Source: SAR324 cluster bacterium
GTDB lineage: Bacteria > SAR324 > NAC60-12
DNA: 64,000 nt
Direction: 5' to 3'
Assembly (NCBI GenBank): GCA_014382365.1
Contig: JACNJW010000049.1
Coordinates: forward strand, 1,830-65,829
Numbering within the stretch: the stretch's first letter is position 1; every line of letters starts with the position of its first letter. Positions 9,501 through 19,323 of the stretch are shown in pieces. The notes beneath the pieces were generated by a model, which was given only the letters and a program-made list of their open reading frames with translations, did not search any database and was not told where the DNA came from. Position numbers and translations under genes: made by a program.

Positions 9501-10607
9501 ATGACTACAAAAAATGATTTTTCATTTATCGATCACGACTTAGTTCCTGAACAACCTGCAGAAGGGGTCCGTTATGATTTGCGCCCTGCAACAACTCCAG
9601 ACGGTTCAGTGGCTGCAGGGCTTTTCAATGCCTGGATTACTCTTGATAATCCAAAACAGTACAATTCTTACACCACAGAGATGGTTAAAGGAGTGATTCT
9701 AGCTTTTAGACATGCTTCAAATGCCAGAAACGTTTCTTCAGTAGTTTTCACGGGTTCAGGTGATAAAGCATTTTGTACTGGTGGTAATACGAAAGAATAT
9801 GCTGAATATTATGCTGGACGACCACAGGAATATCGGCAGTACATGCGGCTTTTTAATGATATGGTGTCCTCAATATTGGGTTGTGACAAGCCGGTAATTT
9901 GCCGTGTAAACGGTATGCGGATCGGAGGAGGACAGGAAATCGGGATGGCGTGTGATTTTTCGATAGCTCAAGACCTGGCTCGTTTTGGGCAGGCCGGTCC
10001 CAAACACGGTTCTGCACCAATTGGCGGGGCTACTGACTTTTTGCCGTTAATGATGGCTGGAGATAGAGCAATGGAATCCGGAACGCTCTGTGAAGTATGG
10101 TCTGCACACAAAGTATATTTGAACGGTATGATCACGAGTGTGACTCCTGCACTTAAAGTTGATGGTGAATGGGTCGCTAATCCTCTGGTAGAAACACAAA
10201 AAATGCTGGATGACTGGGGACGATTTTCCTTTGGTGAAAGTAAATCCGGAGAAGCTCTTACTGTAGGAAAAGCTTTAATCAAACAAGGCGAAGTAGATTT
10301 GGCGTTACTTGATCAGGAAGTGGAAAGCCTTTGTGCAAAACTGTTGTTGACATTTCCGGACTGCATGACAAAGACTCTGGAAGAACTCCGTAAACCAAAA
10401 CTTGAAGCCTGGAACCGCAATAAAGAAGATTCCCGTGCCTGGTTGGCCAACAATATGATGACAGAGGCAAGAGCCGGATTCAGAGCATTTAACGAAAGTA
10501 CCAAAACTAGTCGTGAAGTAAATTTTGTTGAACTGAGACAGGCACTGGCCCGAGGAGAGCGCTGGACTGATGAATTTACCGACAGTTTGATGCCTATAAA
10601 TCAATAA
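9501..10607 (+). CDS. oah: 6-oxocyclohex-1-ene-1-carbonyl-CoA hydrolase (ring opening; BamA/Oah)
   Basis: LDNPKQYNSYTTEMVKGVI, AFCTGGNTKEYAEYY, GGGQEIGMACD, QAGPKHGSAP. Confidence 0.95.
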   Translation: MTTKNDFSFIDHDLVPEQPAEGVRYDLRPATTPDGSVAAGLFNAWITLDNPKQYNSYTTEMVKGVILAFRHASNARNVSSVVFTGSGDKAFCTGGNTKEYAEYYAGRPQEYRQYMRLFNDMVSSILGCDKPVICRVNGMRIGGGQEIGMACDFSIAQDLARFGQAGPKHGSAPIGGATDFLPLMMAGDRAMESGTLCEVWSAHKVYLNGMITSVTPALKVDGEWVANPLVETQKMLDDWGRFSFGESKSGEALTVGKALIKQGEVDLALLDQEVESLCAKLLLTFPDCMTKTLEELRKPKLEAWNRNKEDSRAWLANNMMTEARAGFRAFNESTKTSREVNFVELRQALARGERWTDEFTDSLMPINQ

Positions 10608-10647
10608 TTCATTTAGGAAATAGGAAACGATACAAAGTAGGAATGTC

Positions 10648-11427
10648 ATGAGTGAGGTATCAGCAACAGTCTCTCCTGTTAAAAGCTGGTTTGAACAGGA
10701 GGAGATGCTATTTCGGATCCGGCTTTGTGCCCCCAAAGCAAACATCATAGATGCAGTAATGGTGACGGAGCTAAGTCAGGCTTTTGAACAATTAAAAGGA
10801 AATAATCAAGTTAGAGCTGTTTTACTGGATGCGGAAGGAGCTCATTTTAGTTTTGGTGCCAGTGTTGAAGAACATCTTCCGGAACAGTGTGCTGCAATGC
10901 TTAAAAGTTTTCACACACTTTTATTGCAAATGCTGAGTGTAACAGTTCCGATTCTGGTCGTAATTCGCGGTCAATGTTTAGGCGGCGGTTTAGAACTTGC
11001 CTGCGCCGGAAGTCTGATCTTTGCAAATCCGGAAGCTAAAATGGGACAACCGGAAATAGTTTTGGGCGTAATTGCTCCAGCTGCTTCATGCTTACTGCCG
11101 ATTCGTGTTGGACAGGCTAGGGCAGAAGACTTACTGCTATCCGGACGTATTATTGACACATTTGAATCTCAAAACAGGGGTCTAACTCAGGAAATATCCG
11201 ATGACCCGGAAGCTAGTGCGATAAGCTACTTTAAAACGCATTTAAAATCCAAAAGTGCGAGTTCCTTGCGTTTTGCTTTGCAGGCATCACGTAAAGGTGT
11301 GATTGGTGAGATCAAACGCAAATTAGCTGCTGTAGAAGAACTTTACCTGGAAGAATTAATGAAAACTCACGATGCAGTTGAAGGTTTGCAGGCATTTCTG
11401 GAAAAGCGTCCCGCTCAATGGGAATGA
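10648..11427 (+). CDS. dch: Cyclohexa-1,5-diene-1-carbonyl-CoA hydratase
   Basis: Crotonase fold; PKANIID, HFSFGASVEEH, GQCLGGGLE, HDAVEGLQAFLEKR. Confidence 0.92.
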   Translation: MSEVSATVSPVKSWFEQEEMLFRIRLCAPKANIIDAVMVTELSQAFEQLKGNNQVRAVLLDAEGAHFSFGASVEEHLPEQCAAMLKSFHTLLLQMLSVTVPILVVIRGQCLGGGLELACAGSLIFANPEAKMGQPEIVLGVIAPAASCLLPIRVGQARAEDLLLSGRIIDTFESQNRGLTQEISDDPEASAISYFKTHLKSKSASSLRFALQASRKGVIGEIKRKLAAVEELYLEELMKTHDAVEGLQAFLEKRPAQWE

Positions 11428-11494
11428 TTAATTTTGAATTATTGTAATCGACAACAAGAATAATTGCTTCACAAATTAATATGAAAAATTACTT

Positions 11495-12745
11495 ATGACC
11501 GATAAAACGCAAAAAACAACAGCGGACATATCTGCAAAACTAGAGACCGGAAATTCCAGCAAGACTTCGCTGATGTACCGGAAAAACTTAAAGGATATTG
11601 TCGCCTATTGTCAGGAGCTTTTTGATGATTTGGATTTCAAAGCAGTCAAGAGCTGGAAGGAAGCAAAACCTGGACGTAAAGTTATCGGTTATATGCCGGT
11701 TTATGTTCCGCGTGAAATTATCCATGCGGCAGGAATGCTGCCTGTCGGAATCATGGGTGGAGGTGATCAGCTGGAGGTGATTCACGGAGATGCATATTAC
11801 CAAAGTTACATTTGCCGTATTCCGCGCTCAACGATTGAATTGGGTGTTACCGGAAGACTGGATGTTCTGGACGGAATGTTGTTTCCAAGTATTTGCGATG
11901 TGATTCGCAATTTGTCCGGCATGTGGAAATTGATGTTCAAAGACAAATATGTGCGTTATTTTGATGTGCCTCAAAATTATGAAGATGAAATTGGTGGAAA
12001 ATTTTACATCCATGAAATGCAGACATTGCGTGATGATTTTGCAAAATTAGTCGGACATGAAATCACAGATGATGATTTGCGTAACTCAATTGCGGTCTAT
12101 AACGAAAACCGTAAAGCAGTTGAAGAACTTTATGCTTTCAGGGCAAAAGGACCCTGGAAAGCACCGAGTACTGAAGTCTATTTGCTGGTACGTGCAGGCA
12201 TGGTATTGCCGGTAGAAGAACACACCCAACTGTTAAAAGATTATCTTGAAGTTGCTGCTGTCGAGGATCGCCCTGTTCGCGACAATTGCCGGGTTGTGGT
12301 CAGTGGTGTTTTCTGTGAACAACCGCCATTTAATATGATCAAGTCCATCGAAATGGCAGGCTGTTATATTGTCGATGATGATTTTATGCTGGTCACTCGC
12401 TGGTTGTTGCAGGAAGTCCCTATTTCAGGCGATCCACTGGAAAATTTATCAAAAGCTTTTTTGCATCACTCCAATGATACAGCAGCAAAGTATGAACCGG
12501 ATGTAGATAAAAAAGGGAAATACCTGATTGATTCTGTCCGTGACAACAGTGCCGAAGGCATCATATTCGCTGGACCAAGCTTTTGCGACCCAGCATTATT
12601 GGATCGTCCAATGTTACAAAATGCCTTGGCTGCCAAAGACATTCCGTTTACTTCATTTGAATATGCAGAAAACTCCGGACAAATGCAACCCATCCGCGAG
12701 CAAGCCGGAACTTTTGCTGACTCCATCAAGTTATGGAGTGCATAA
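11495..12745 (+). CDS. bcrC: Class I benzoyl-CoA reductase subunit C (Thauera type)
   Basis: YMPVYVPREIIHAAGMLP, HGDAYYQSYICRIPRS, FPSICDVIRNLSGMW, PSFCDPALL. The true start may be the later ATG at 11573. Confidence 0.93.
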   Translation: MTDKTQKTTADISAKLETGNSSKTSLMYRKNLKDIVAYCQELFDDLDFKAVKSWKEAKPGRKVIGYMPVYVPREIIHAAGMLPVGIMGGGDQLEVIHGDAYYQSYICRIPRSTIELGVTGRLDVLDGMLFPSICDVIRNLSGMWKLMFKDKYVRYFDVPQNYEDEIGGKFYIHEMQTLRDDFAKLVGHEITDDDLRNSIAVYNENRKAVEELYAFRAKGPWKAPSTEVYLLVRAGMVLPVEEHTQLLKDYLEVAAVEDRPVRDNCRVVVSGVFCEQPPFNMIKSIEMAGCYIVDDDFMLVTRWLLQEVPISGDPLENLSKAFLHHSNDTAAKYEPDVDKKGKYLIDSVRDNSAEGIIFAGPSFCDPALLDRPMLQNALAAKDIPFTSFEYAENSGQMQPIREQAGTFADSIKLWSA

Positions 12746-12878
12746 GGTTGAAAAAACATTTGAACTGAGAACAGGACAAACAGGGTTTAAAAGTGAACAT
12801 CTGAAATTTGAATCATTGCTGGTTTAATATTTAGATTGAAAATCGAATCGTGACGTAATTATTTAAAAAGGAGAAAAT

Positions 12879-14183
12879 ATGCCCAAAAAAGCACCACCAA
12901 CGGCCATCAAAGAGCAGTCGATGGAAATACAGAAAAGTATGATTGCCGACAATTTCAGGCAACTCTATGATGCACCAAAAACTGACCAAAAAGTTGTCTC
13001 TACTTTTGTGCCGGGTAATTTGAATGAGTTGTTGATGTGTTTTGATTTTGCGCGAAATTTGCCTGAAATAAATGCTTTGCAGAATGCAATGCGTAAAAGA
13101 ACTGGACGCATGATCATGGAAGCAGAAAGAGCAGGACATTCTGAAGATGTCTGCACTTATGTGAAAGCAGATTTAGGCATGATGGCACAGGGTAACATCG
13201 GTCCCACCGGAGAAGCGTTACCGACTCCGGATCTACTGTTGCTTTCCTATACCGGCTGTTTTACTTTCATGAAGTGGTTTGAATTGGTGCGGGAACAGTA
13301 CAAATGTGAAACTGCCATGCTACACGTTCCCTATCAGGGAGATGGAGTGATTACACCAAATATGCGCGAATATGTCGTAAAGCAGCTCAAGGAGGATATA
13401 ATTCCTACCCTGGAACGAGTGAGTGGGGTCAAGTTTGATATAGACCGTCTACGTCAATATCTGAGACAGTCTGCCAAAGCCGAAGAGGATTTGGTTTGGG
13501 TGCTGCAAAGTGCTAAAAACAAGCCATCTCCAATTGATGCTTATTTTGGCGGAGTCTATTACGTTGGACCGATTTTCTCATCTTTTCGGGGCAGTGAAGG
13601 AGCAGCGGAATATTATGCAATGTTGCGTAAAGAAGTGGAAGAACGTGTTCGATTGGGAAAAGGTCCTGTAACTCCGGAAGGAGAAATGCCAGAAGAAAAA
13701 TATAGACTGGTTGTTGAGGGGCCTCCAAACTGGACTCATTTTCGGGAATTCTGGAAAATGTTTTATGAGGAAGGAGCTGTGGTCGTTGCCAGCAGTTACA
13801 CAAAAGTTGGTGGGGTGTATGATTTCGGTTTCCGGCATGATCCGGATAATCCGATAGAAACATTGGCGGATTATTGCCTTGGCTGTTATACCAATCTAAA
13901 CTTACCGCACCGTGCAGATATGCTGTCACAATACGTCGAAGAATATGAGGCAGATGGGCTTTTAATTAACTCCATCAAAAGCTGTAACAGTTTCTCTGCA
14001 GGACAATTGCTATTGTTGCGTGAAGTGGAAAAACGTACAGGAAAGCCGGGTGCCTTTATTGAAACCGACTTGGTCGATCCACGTTACTTTTCTGCGGCCA
14101 ATGTCAAAAACCGCTTGGAAAGTTATTTTCAAATGATTAAACAAAAGCGTGAAGGAAACGCGCCTCTAGGAGCTGCTGCATGA
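12879..14183 (+). CDS. bcrB: Class I benzoyl-CoA reductase subunit B
   Basis: [57 protein letters not shown]; RBS AGGAG. Confidence 0.95.
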   Translation: MPKKAPPTAIKEQSMEIQKSMIADNFRQLYDAPKTDQKVVSTFVPGNLNELLMCFDFARNLPEINALQNAMRKRTGRMIMEAERAGHSEDVCTYVKADLGMMAQGNIGPTGEALPTPDLLLLSYTGCFTFMKWFELVREQYKCETAMLHVPYQGDGVITPNMREYVVKQLKEDIIPTLERVSGVKFDIDRLRQYLRQSAKAEEDLVWVLQSAKNKPSPIDAYFGGVYYVGPIFSSFRGSEGAAEYYAMLRKEVEERVRLGKGPVTPEGEMPEEKYRLVVEGPPNWTHFREFWKMFYEEGAVVVASSYTKVGGVYDFGFRHDPDNPIETLADYCLGCYTNLNLPHRADMLSQYVEEYEADGLLINSIKSCNSFSAGQLLLLREVEKRTGKPGAFIETDLVDPRYFSAANVKNRLESYFQMIKQKREGNAPLGAAA

Positions 14184-15487
14184 AATGTTTTATTGGAATT
14201 GACTTAGGCTCAACTACAACAAAGGCAGTTATATTAGATGAAAATCTAAAAGAACTTGGACACGGAATTACCAACTCACGCTCCAACTATGACATTGCTT
14301 CAACCGTTGCAAAACAGGAAGCAACAGTCAATGCACGCATGAATTTGGTGGCACAATCACTTTCAGACATTCCTGAATTGTCTGGACGCCTGAAAGAGTT
14401 GTTGGAGAATCTGGAACGAAATTTTCGTTTGGAGCAATTTATGGAATCTCTGGCAGACTTAGAAATGGTATGCCGTAACAATGCAGTAGGTGAAAGATTT
14501 AAGGGATTCGAACAGGGTCTGGCTGAGGCACTTATCGTAACATTCCAAAAACTTCGTTTGGAAGCACCAGACTTATTTGCACCAGGTGCAAAACGTAAAT
14601 CGGATTTCTTTCGTGATATTGCCGGCTCCCGCTATTTAGCAATTGGTGAGGCAGTTGCTAAAGATGCTGGTTTAGCCTTTGACATGATGCTCAATATTTA
14701 TGACCGTTCCATCATTGAAGTGGAAAACAGACTTACCGGAGAAAATCTGAAAGAAATGATTATGAAAGCTCTGCTCAGAACCCTGGAAGGATTTTCAGAA
14801 TTGTCCGGAGTCAGCAAACTGGTCGAAAATGCGGTCAAAGATGCACTTGATATTGAGTTGGAAGAAACTTATGTTGTCGGCACAGGTTACGGACGCGCCA
14901 GATTGCCTTTTTCAAAAGAACATATTCGTTCTGAAATTCTCTGTCACGGTTTGGGTGCACATGTTATGTATCCCAAAACCTTGACCGTGCTGGACATCGG
15001 CGGACAAGACACCAAAGCTATTCAGGTTGATGATGCTGGAATCGTGGACAGCTTTCAAATGAATGACCGCTGTGCCGCCGGATGTGGGCGTTATCTGGGC
15101 TACATTGCCGATGAAATGAATATGGGTTTGCACGAACTGGGTCCGATGGCTATGAAAGCCACCCGCACAGTGCGCATCAACTCAACTTGTACCGTTTTTG
15201 CCGGAGCAGAACTACGTGACCGTTTGGCACTAGGCGAAAAACGGGAAGATATTTTATCCGGTTTGCACCGAGCCATAGTATTACGTGCCATGTCTTTGCT
15301 TTCTCGTTCCGGAGGAATTCGGGATGAATTTACTTTCACCGGAGGAGTCGCCAACAATGAAGCAGCAGTTGATGCCTTGAGAGCTTTGGTCAAAGAAAAT
15401 TACGGCGATGTAACCATCAATATCGATCCGGGATCAATTTATACCGGAGCTCTTGGGGCGGCTACTTTTGCGCACAGGGCAGTATAA
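14180..15487 (+). CDS. bcrA: Class I benzoyl-CoA reductase subunit A (ASKHA ATPase/activase)
   Basis: [49 protein letters not shown]; ATGA overlap with bcrB. Confidence 0.95.
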   Translation: MKCFIGIDLGSTTTKAVILDENLKELGHGITNSRSNYDIASTVAKQEATVNARMNLVAQSLSDIPELSGRLKELLENLERNFRLEQFMESLADLEMVCRNNAVGERFKGFEQGLAEALIVTFQKLRLEAPDLFAPGAKRKSDFFRDIAGSRYLAIGEAVAKDAGLAFDMMLNIYDRSIIEVENRLTGENLKEMIMKALLRTLEGFSELSGVSKLVENAVKDALDIELEETYVVGTGYGRARLPFSKEHIRSEILCHGLGAHVMYPKTLTVLDIGGQDTKAIQVDDAGIVDSFQMNDRCAAGCGRYLGYIADEMNMGLHELGPMAMKATRTVRINSTCTVFAGAELRDRLALGEKREDILSGLHRAIVLRAMSLLSRSGGIRDEFTFTGGVANNEAAVDALRALVKENYGDVTINIDPGSIYTGALGAATFAHRAV

Positions 15488-15539
15488 ACAACGACACGAC
15501 AGGAAACAAACAACTCAAACTCAAAACTCATAACAAAAA

Positions 15540-16382
15540 ATGACTATTACAATAGGAATTGATATCGGTACAAGTGCGGTGAAAAGCGTTCTTTTTCGTA
15601 CTGTTGCTGAAAAACATGAATGGCTTGGGAAACGTGTGGATCGACTCCGCAAACGAGATCCGATGAAACTTGCTTCAGAAGCCTACCATGGTTTGCTGAA
15701 AGATGCAGGCTTGAAAAAAGACGATGTTGCTTATGTCGCCACCACTGGCGATGGTGAGAATGTGGATTTTAGAACAGGACATTTTTATTCTATGACTACT
15801 CATGCACGCGGAGGAGTATTTCTGGAACCTGAAGCCAGAGCAGTAATCGACATCGGCGCATTGCATGGCCGGGCAATTAGTACAGACGAACGCGGCAAAG
15901 TCCTTTCATATAAAATGACCAGTCAGTGTGCCTCCGGTTCCGGACAGTTTTTGGAAAATATAGCACGTTATCTTGGTGTATCACAGGATGAAGTTGGTTC
16001 ACTATCTAAAGCTGCGGATGATCCGGAAGTCGTCAGTTCGATTTGTGCAGTGCTGGCAGAAACTGATGTAATTAATATGGTATCACGTGGAATATCAACT
16101 CAGAATATTCTTAAGGGAATTCATCTTTCTATGGCAGGCCGCCTGGTAAAATTATTAAAGTCGATTAAAGCCAAAGAAAGTACAGTTTTTGTTTCCGGAG
16201 GACTGGCACAGGATGTGGGATTACTGGCTGCCATAAGAGAGCAGGCAGTTGATCAAAATCTGATTGTAAAGGTGACCAGTAACTCGGACTCGATTTATGC
16301 CGGAGCTATCGGTGCTGCTATTTGGGGAGGGTTCCGTTATGAAAAACTTGGAAATCTAAAACAATTGGCAAAAGCCGCCTGA
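15540..16382 (+). CDS. bcrD: Class I benzoyl-CoA reductase subunit D
   Basis: GIDIGTSAVK, HFYSMTTHARG, MTSQCASGSGQFLEN, SSICAVLAETD. Confidence 0.95.
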   Translation: MTITIGIDIGTSAVKSVLFRTVAEKHEWLGKRVDRLRKRDPMKLASEAYHGLLKDAGLKKDDVAYVATTGDGENVDFRTGHFYSMTTHARGGVFLEPEARAVIDIGALHGRAISTDERGKVLSYKMTSQCASGSGQFLENIARYLGVSQDEVGSLSKAADDPEVVSSICAVLAETDVINMVSRGISTQNILKGIHLSMAGRLVKLLKSIKAKESTVFVSGGLAQDVGLLAAIREQAVDQNLIVKVTSNSDSIYAGAIGAAIWGGFRYEKLGNLKQLAKAA

Positions 16383-16490
16383 AAATAATTGTGCATCTGG
16401 TTTTACACAGACGAACAATTAAATTCGAAATTACAATTTATAAGCTTGAAATATTTCAAAAATCTTTAACCTTTTAGCACGAACCTTAAA

Positions 16491-16736
16491 ATGGCATTAA
16501 TGATAACAGAGGACTGTACAGTTTGCGATGCTTGTATAGAACCTTGTCCAAATGAAGCAATTACTGCAGGTGAAGAAATATTTGTAATTGATGCATTGCG
16601 CTGTTCAGAATGCATTGGTACAGATGAAGAACCGCAGTGCATTGAAGTATGCCCTTCAGACTGCATTATCCCAAATCCTGATTTTGAGGAGAGCGAGGAT
16701 GAATTACAGGAAAAATACGAAATGATTCACGGTTGA
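16491..16736 (+). CDS. fdx: 2[4Fe-4S] ferredoxin (YfhL/Allochromatium type), electron donor to benzoyl-CoA reductase
   Basis: CTVCDACIEPCP and CSECIG...PQCIEVCP with insert, acidic C-terminal helix; directly after bcrD as in Thauera. Confidence 0.92.
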   Translation: MALMITEDCTVCDACIEPCPNEAITAGEEIFVIDALRCSECIGTDEEPQCIEVCPSDCIIPNPDFEESEDELQEKYEMIHG

Positions 16737-16770
16737 TAGTCTAGTAAAAAGTCATTATAACACCAATTAT

Positions 16771-16894
16771 TGTTATTCCTGCGAAAGCTGGAGTCTATTC
16801 CCCGATCAGGTCGAGGACAAGCATTTCAGATACTTACAAGTTCCTGGATTCCCACTCCCCGATCAAGCCGAGGACAAGCTTCGTGGAAATGATA
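16771..16894. repeat. Degenerate REP/MITE-like composite palindromic element
   Basis: Outer inverted arms TGTTATTCCTGCGAAAGCTGGAGTC ... GGATTCCCAC/TTCGTGGAAATGATA, with two copies of TCCCCGATCARGYCGAGGACAAGC (16799-16822, 16856-16879; 22/24 identical); lies between convergent genes. Confidence 0.65.
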
Positions 16895-17071
16895 AGTATT
16901 TACGAAAGCAACACTGTTGAAATATACCTCAATTTACGTGAATGTAAAATACTCAAGCATGATTTGTGTCATTATAAATTATCCTCTAAGTCTGCAAAAA
17001 CAGTCCAGAAAGTTTAATGATTGCAGTTTAGATCAAGTATTATGGTGCATACTGAGTATCTTTCCCCCTTT

Positions 17072-19027
17072 CTATTGGATCTTACGTACAGTATTGTTGC
17101 TGTATTCCGCCACATAGAGGTTTGTCCCGTCAGTCGTGATTTTGTATGGAGTATAAAATTGTGCACTCGTTCCTGTTGCATCGGAACTGCCTGCTGTTCC
17201 GGATCCCGCAACGGTTGTCACTACCCCTGTGGAAATTACGATCTTACGAATCTTATTACTGCTGGACGTAACATAGAGGTTGATACCGTCAGTTGTGATA
17301 CCATATAGACTTTTAAAACGTGCGTCTGCACCTGTTGCATCGGTAGTCCCTGAACTATTATAAGTCCCGGCAAGAGTTGTCACTACACCGCTGGAAATTA
17401 CAACCTTACGAATCGTATTTTTGCCGTCAGCCACGTAGATGTTGGTGCCGTCTGTAGTGACATCCTGCGGGTTATAAAATTTTGCGCTCGTTCCTGTAGC
17501 ATCGGTAGACCCTATAATTCCCATAGTCCCGGCAAGAGTGCTAACGAATCCGCTGGAAATCACGATCTTTCGAATCGCACGGTTATCCCTGTCAGCAACA
17601 TAAAGGTTTGTTCCATCCGTTGTAATTCCTATTGGATAATTAAATTGTGCGTTTGTACCTGTAGTATTATCGGTTGTTCCGCTACTCCCAGTCCCGGCAA
17701 GAGTTGTCACTACACCACTGGAAATCACGATCTTACGTATCTTATTGTTGCCGGTATCAGCAACATAAAGGTTTGTTCCATCCGTTGTAATTGCCTTCGG
17801 CTGTCTAAAGGTTGCACTTGTTCCTGTTGCATCGTTGCTTCCACTAGTTCCTGCAGTTCCCGCAAGAGTCGTCACTACCCCGGTTGAAATGACAATCTTG
17901 CGGATCGTGTGGTTTCCATTTTCAGTTACATAGAGATTCGTTCCGTCCGTAGTGATTCCGGCTGGGGTGTCAAATTTTGCACTTGTTCCTGTTGCGTCAG
18001 TGTAGCCGGATGTGCCCCCTGCAAGAGTAGTCACTTCTGTAGAGAGGCTCAGAGCAGTCCCCTGGATTGCACCACCTAAGAGTGGGTTGGTGGGTGTAGC
18101 ACTGACTTCTGATGAAAGAGAGCCTGTGCTGGCAGCGTCAACCGCGGCAACTTTATAATAATAAGTTGTATCATTGCTCAGACTTGTATGTGTGTAATTA
18201 TCATTCGTTATGCTAGTAATAGCAGAACTGGAAGAAGTGATCCCGCTGGAAGTTCCCCAGTAAAGAGTGTAACTGGCAGCACCACTGACGTTGTCCCAAT
18301 CCAGTGAGTTCTGGGTATTTCCAGCAGTTACAGATAAGTTTGCAGGTACAGAAAGAACAGGTGATACACTAACCTCAGATGAAAGAGATCCTGTGCTGGC
18401 AGCGTCAACTGCGGCAACTTTGTAATAATAAGTACTGCCGTTACTCAAGCTCGTATGCGTGTAATTGTCGGTTGAGATACTGGTAATGGAAGAACTGGAT
18501 GAAGTGATTCCACTGGAAGTACCCCAGAAAAGAGTGTAGCTCGCCGCGCCGCTGACTGCGTCCCAGTCCAGTACCGCTGTTCCGGTAGTTGCTGTGGCGC
18601 TCAAATTTGCCGGCGCCGAAAGCGTGCTCGAAGAACTACCTCCGGAATCTGCAGTGGGCGTGGCATTGACCTCGCTGGTGAGTGTGCCAGTTCCGGAAGA
18701 GTTAACTGCTGCAACCTTGTAGTAGTAAGTTGTGCCGTTGCTCAAACTTGTGTGTGTATAAGAGTTTGTACTTATTGAAGCAATTGAGGTGTCACTGGAG
18801 GAAACACCGGAGGATGTTTTCCAGAAAAGTGTGTAGCTAGATGCTCCACTGACCGCACTCCAGGATAGAGCTACTTGACTGCTGCCAGCAGTCGCTGTTA
18901 AAGCGGAAGGCGTAGAAAGAGTACTGTCTGCGCTTTCTTCGATTCCGCAAGCTGCGAGATACAGTGCGAATGATAATAATAATGATATGCTAAACAGTTT
19001 TTTACATGTCTCTGTATGGCTGGTCAT
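17072..19027 (-). CDS. Ser/Thr-rich surface lipoprotein with three fibronectin type III domains and an NHL-repeat beta-propeller
   Basis: Lipobox LAAC; three W..VSGA.SYTL.W...YTHTSL.N..TYYYKVAAV repeats; about six F..P..ITTDGTNLYVAD..N..IRKI repeats. Confidence 0.85.
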   Translation of the reverse strand: MTSHTETCKKLFSISLLLSFALYLAACGIEESADSTLSTPSALTATAGSSQVALSWSAVSGASSYTLFWKTSSGVSSSDTSIASISTNSYTHTSLSNGTTYYYKVAAVNSSGTGTLTSEVNATPTADSGGSSSSTLSAPANLSATATTGTAVLDWDAVSGAASYTLFWGTSSGITSSSSSITSISTDNYTHTSLSNGSTYYYKVAAVDAASTGSLSSEVSVSPVLSVPANLSVTAGNTQNSLDWDNVSGAASYTLYWGTSSGITSSSSAITSITNDNYTHTSLSNDTTYYYKVAAVDAASTGSLSSEVSATPTNPLLGGAIQGTALSLSTEVTTLAGGTSGYTDATGTSAKFDTPAGITTDGTNLYVTENGNHTIRKIVISTGVVTTLAGTAGTSGSNDATGTSATFRQPKAITTDGTNLYVADTGNNKIRKIVISSGVVTTLAGTGSSGTTDNTTGTNAQFNYPIGITTDGTNLYVADRDNRAIRKIVISSGFVSTLAGTMGIIGSTDATGTSAKFYNPQDVTTDGTNIYVADGKNTIRKVVISSGVVTTLAGTYNSSGTTDATGADARFKSLYGITTDGINLYVTSSSNKIRKIVISTGVVTTVAGSGTAGSSDATGTSAQFYTPYKITTDGTNLYVAEYSNNTVRKIQ

Positions 19028-19125
19028 AAGCTCTCTCCTTCTTAATGTGAGTCAGTTATTGGGAATAGTCTGTGCTGATTCTGTGAGGAAAGTTTAGGAT
19101 CTGTATCCCAAGCAGACAAGTTATT

Positions 19126-19209
19126 TATTGGCAGGAATTGGGAGTAAATAACCTAACACTTTGAAATAATTACTAATTATACAATATTATATATTGGCAG
19201 GAATTGGGA
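19126..19209. repeat. Perfect 18-bp direct repeat pair, candidate operator sites
   Basis: TATTGGCAGGAATTGGGA at 19126-19143 and 19192-19209 (66-bp period); the core GAATTGGGA recurs at 22181-22189. Confidence 0.8.
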
Positions 19210-19323
19210 TGAATTTTATATCATACTGATATTACTCTATATATAATTTGTTGCAAATTCGTTTAAAATTAAATTTAAACAAACTGGAGACACATGCTTT
19301 TCATAGAATAATGAAGTGCTGTA

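Noticed and set aside
11495-16382. 2-hydroxyacyl-CoA dehydratase, or Bzd-type / class II benzoyl-CoA reductase
   Set aside because: Subunit sizes, motifs and the had-oah-dch-bcrCBAD-fdx order fit Thauera-type class I Bcr.
17072-19209. Repeats considered as a CRISPR array
   Set aside because: The repeats are in-frame protein domains, or only two 18-bp copies; no spacer array and no cas genes.
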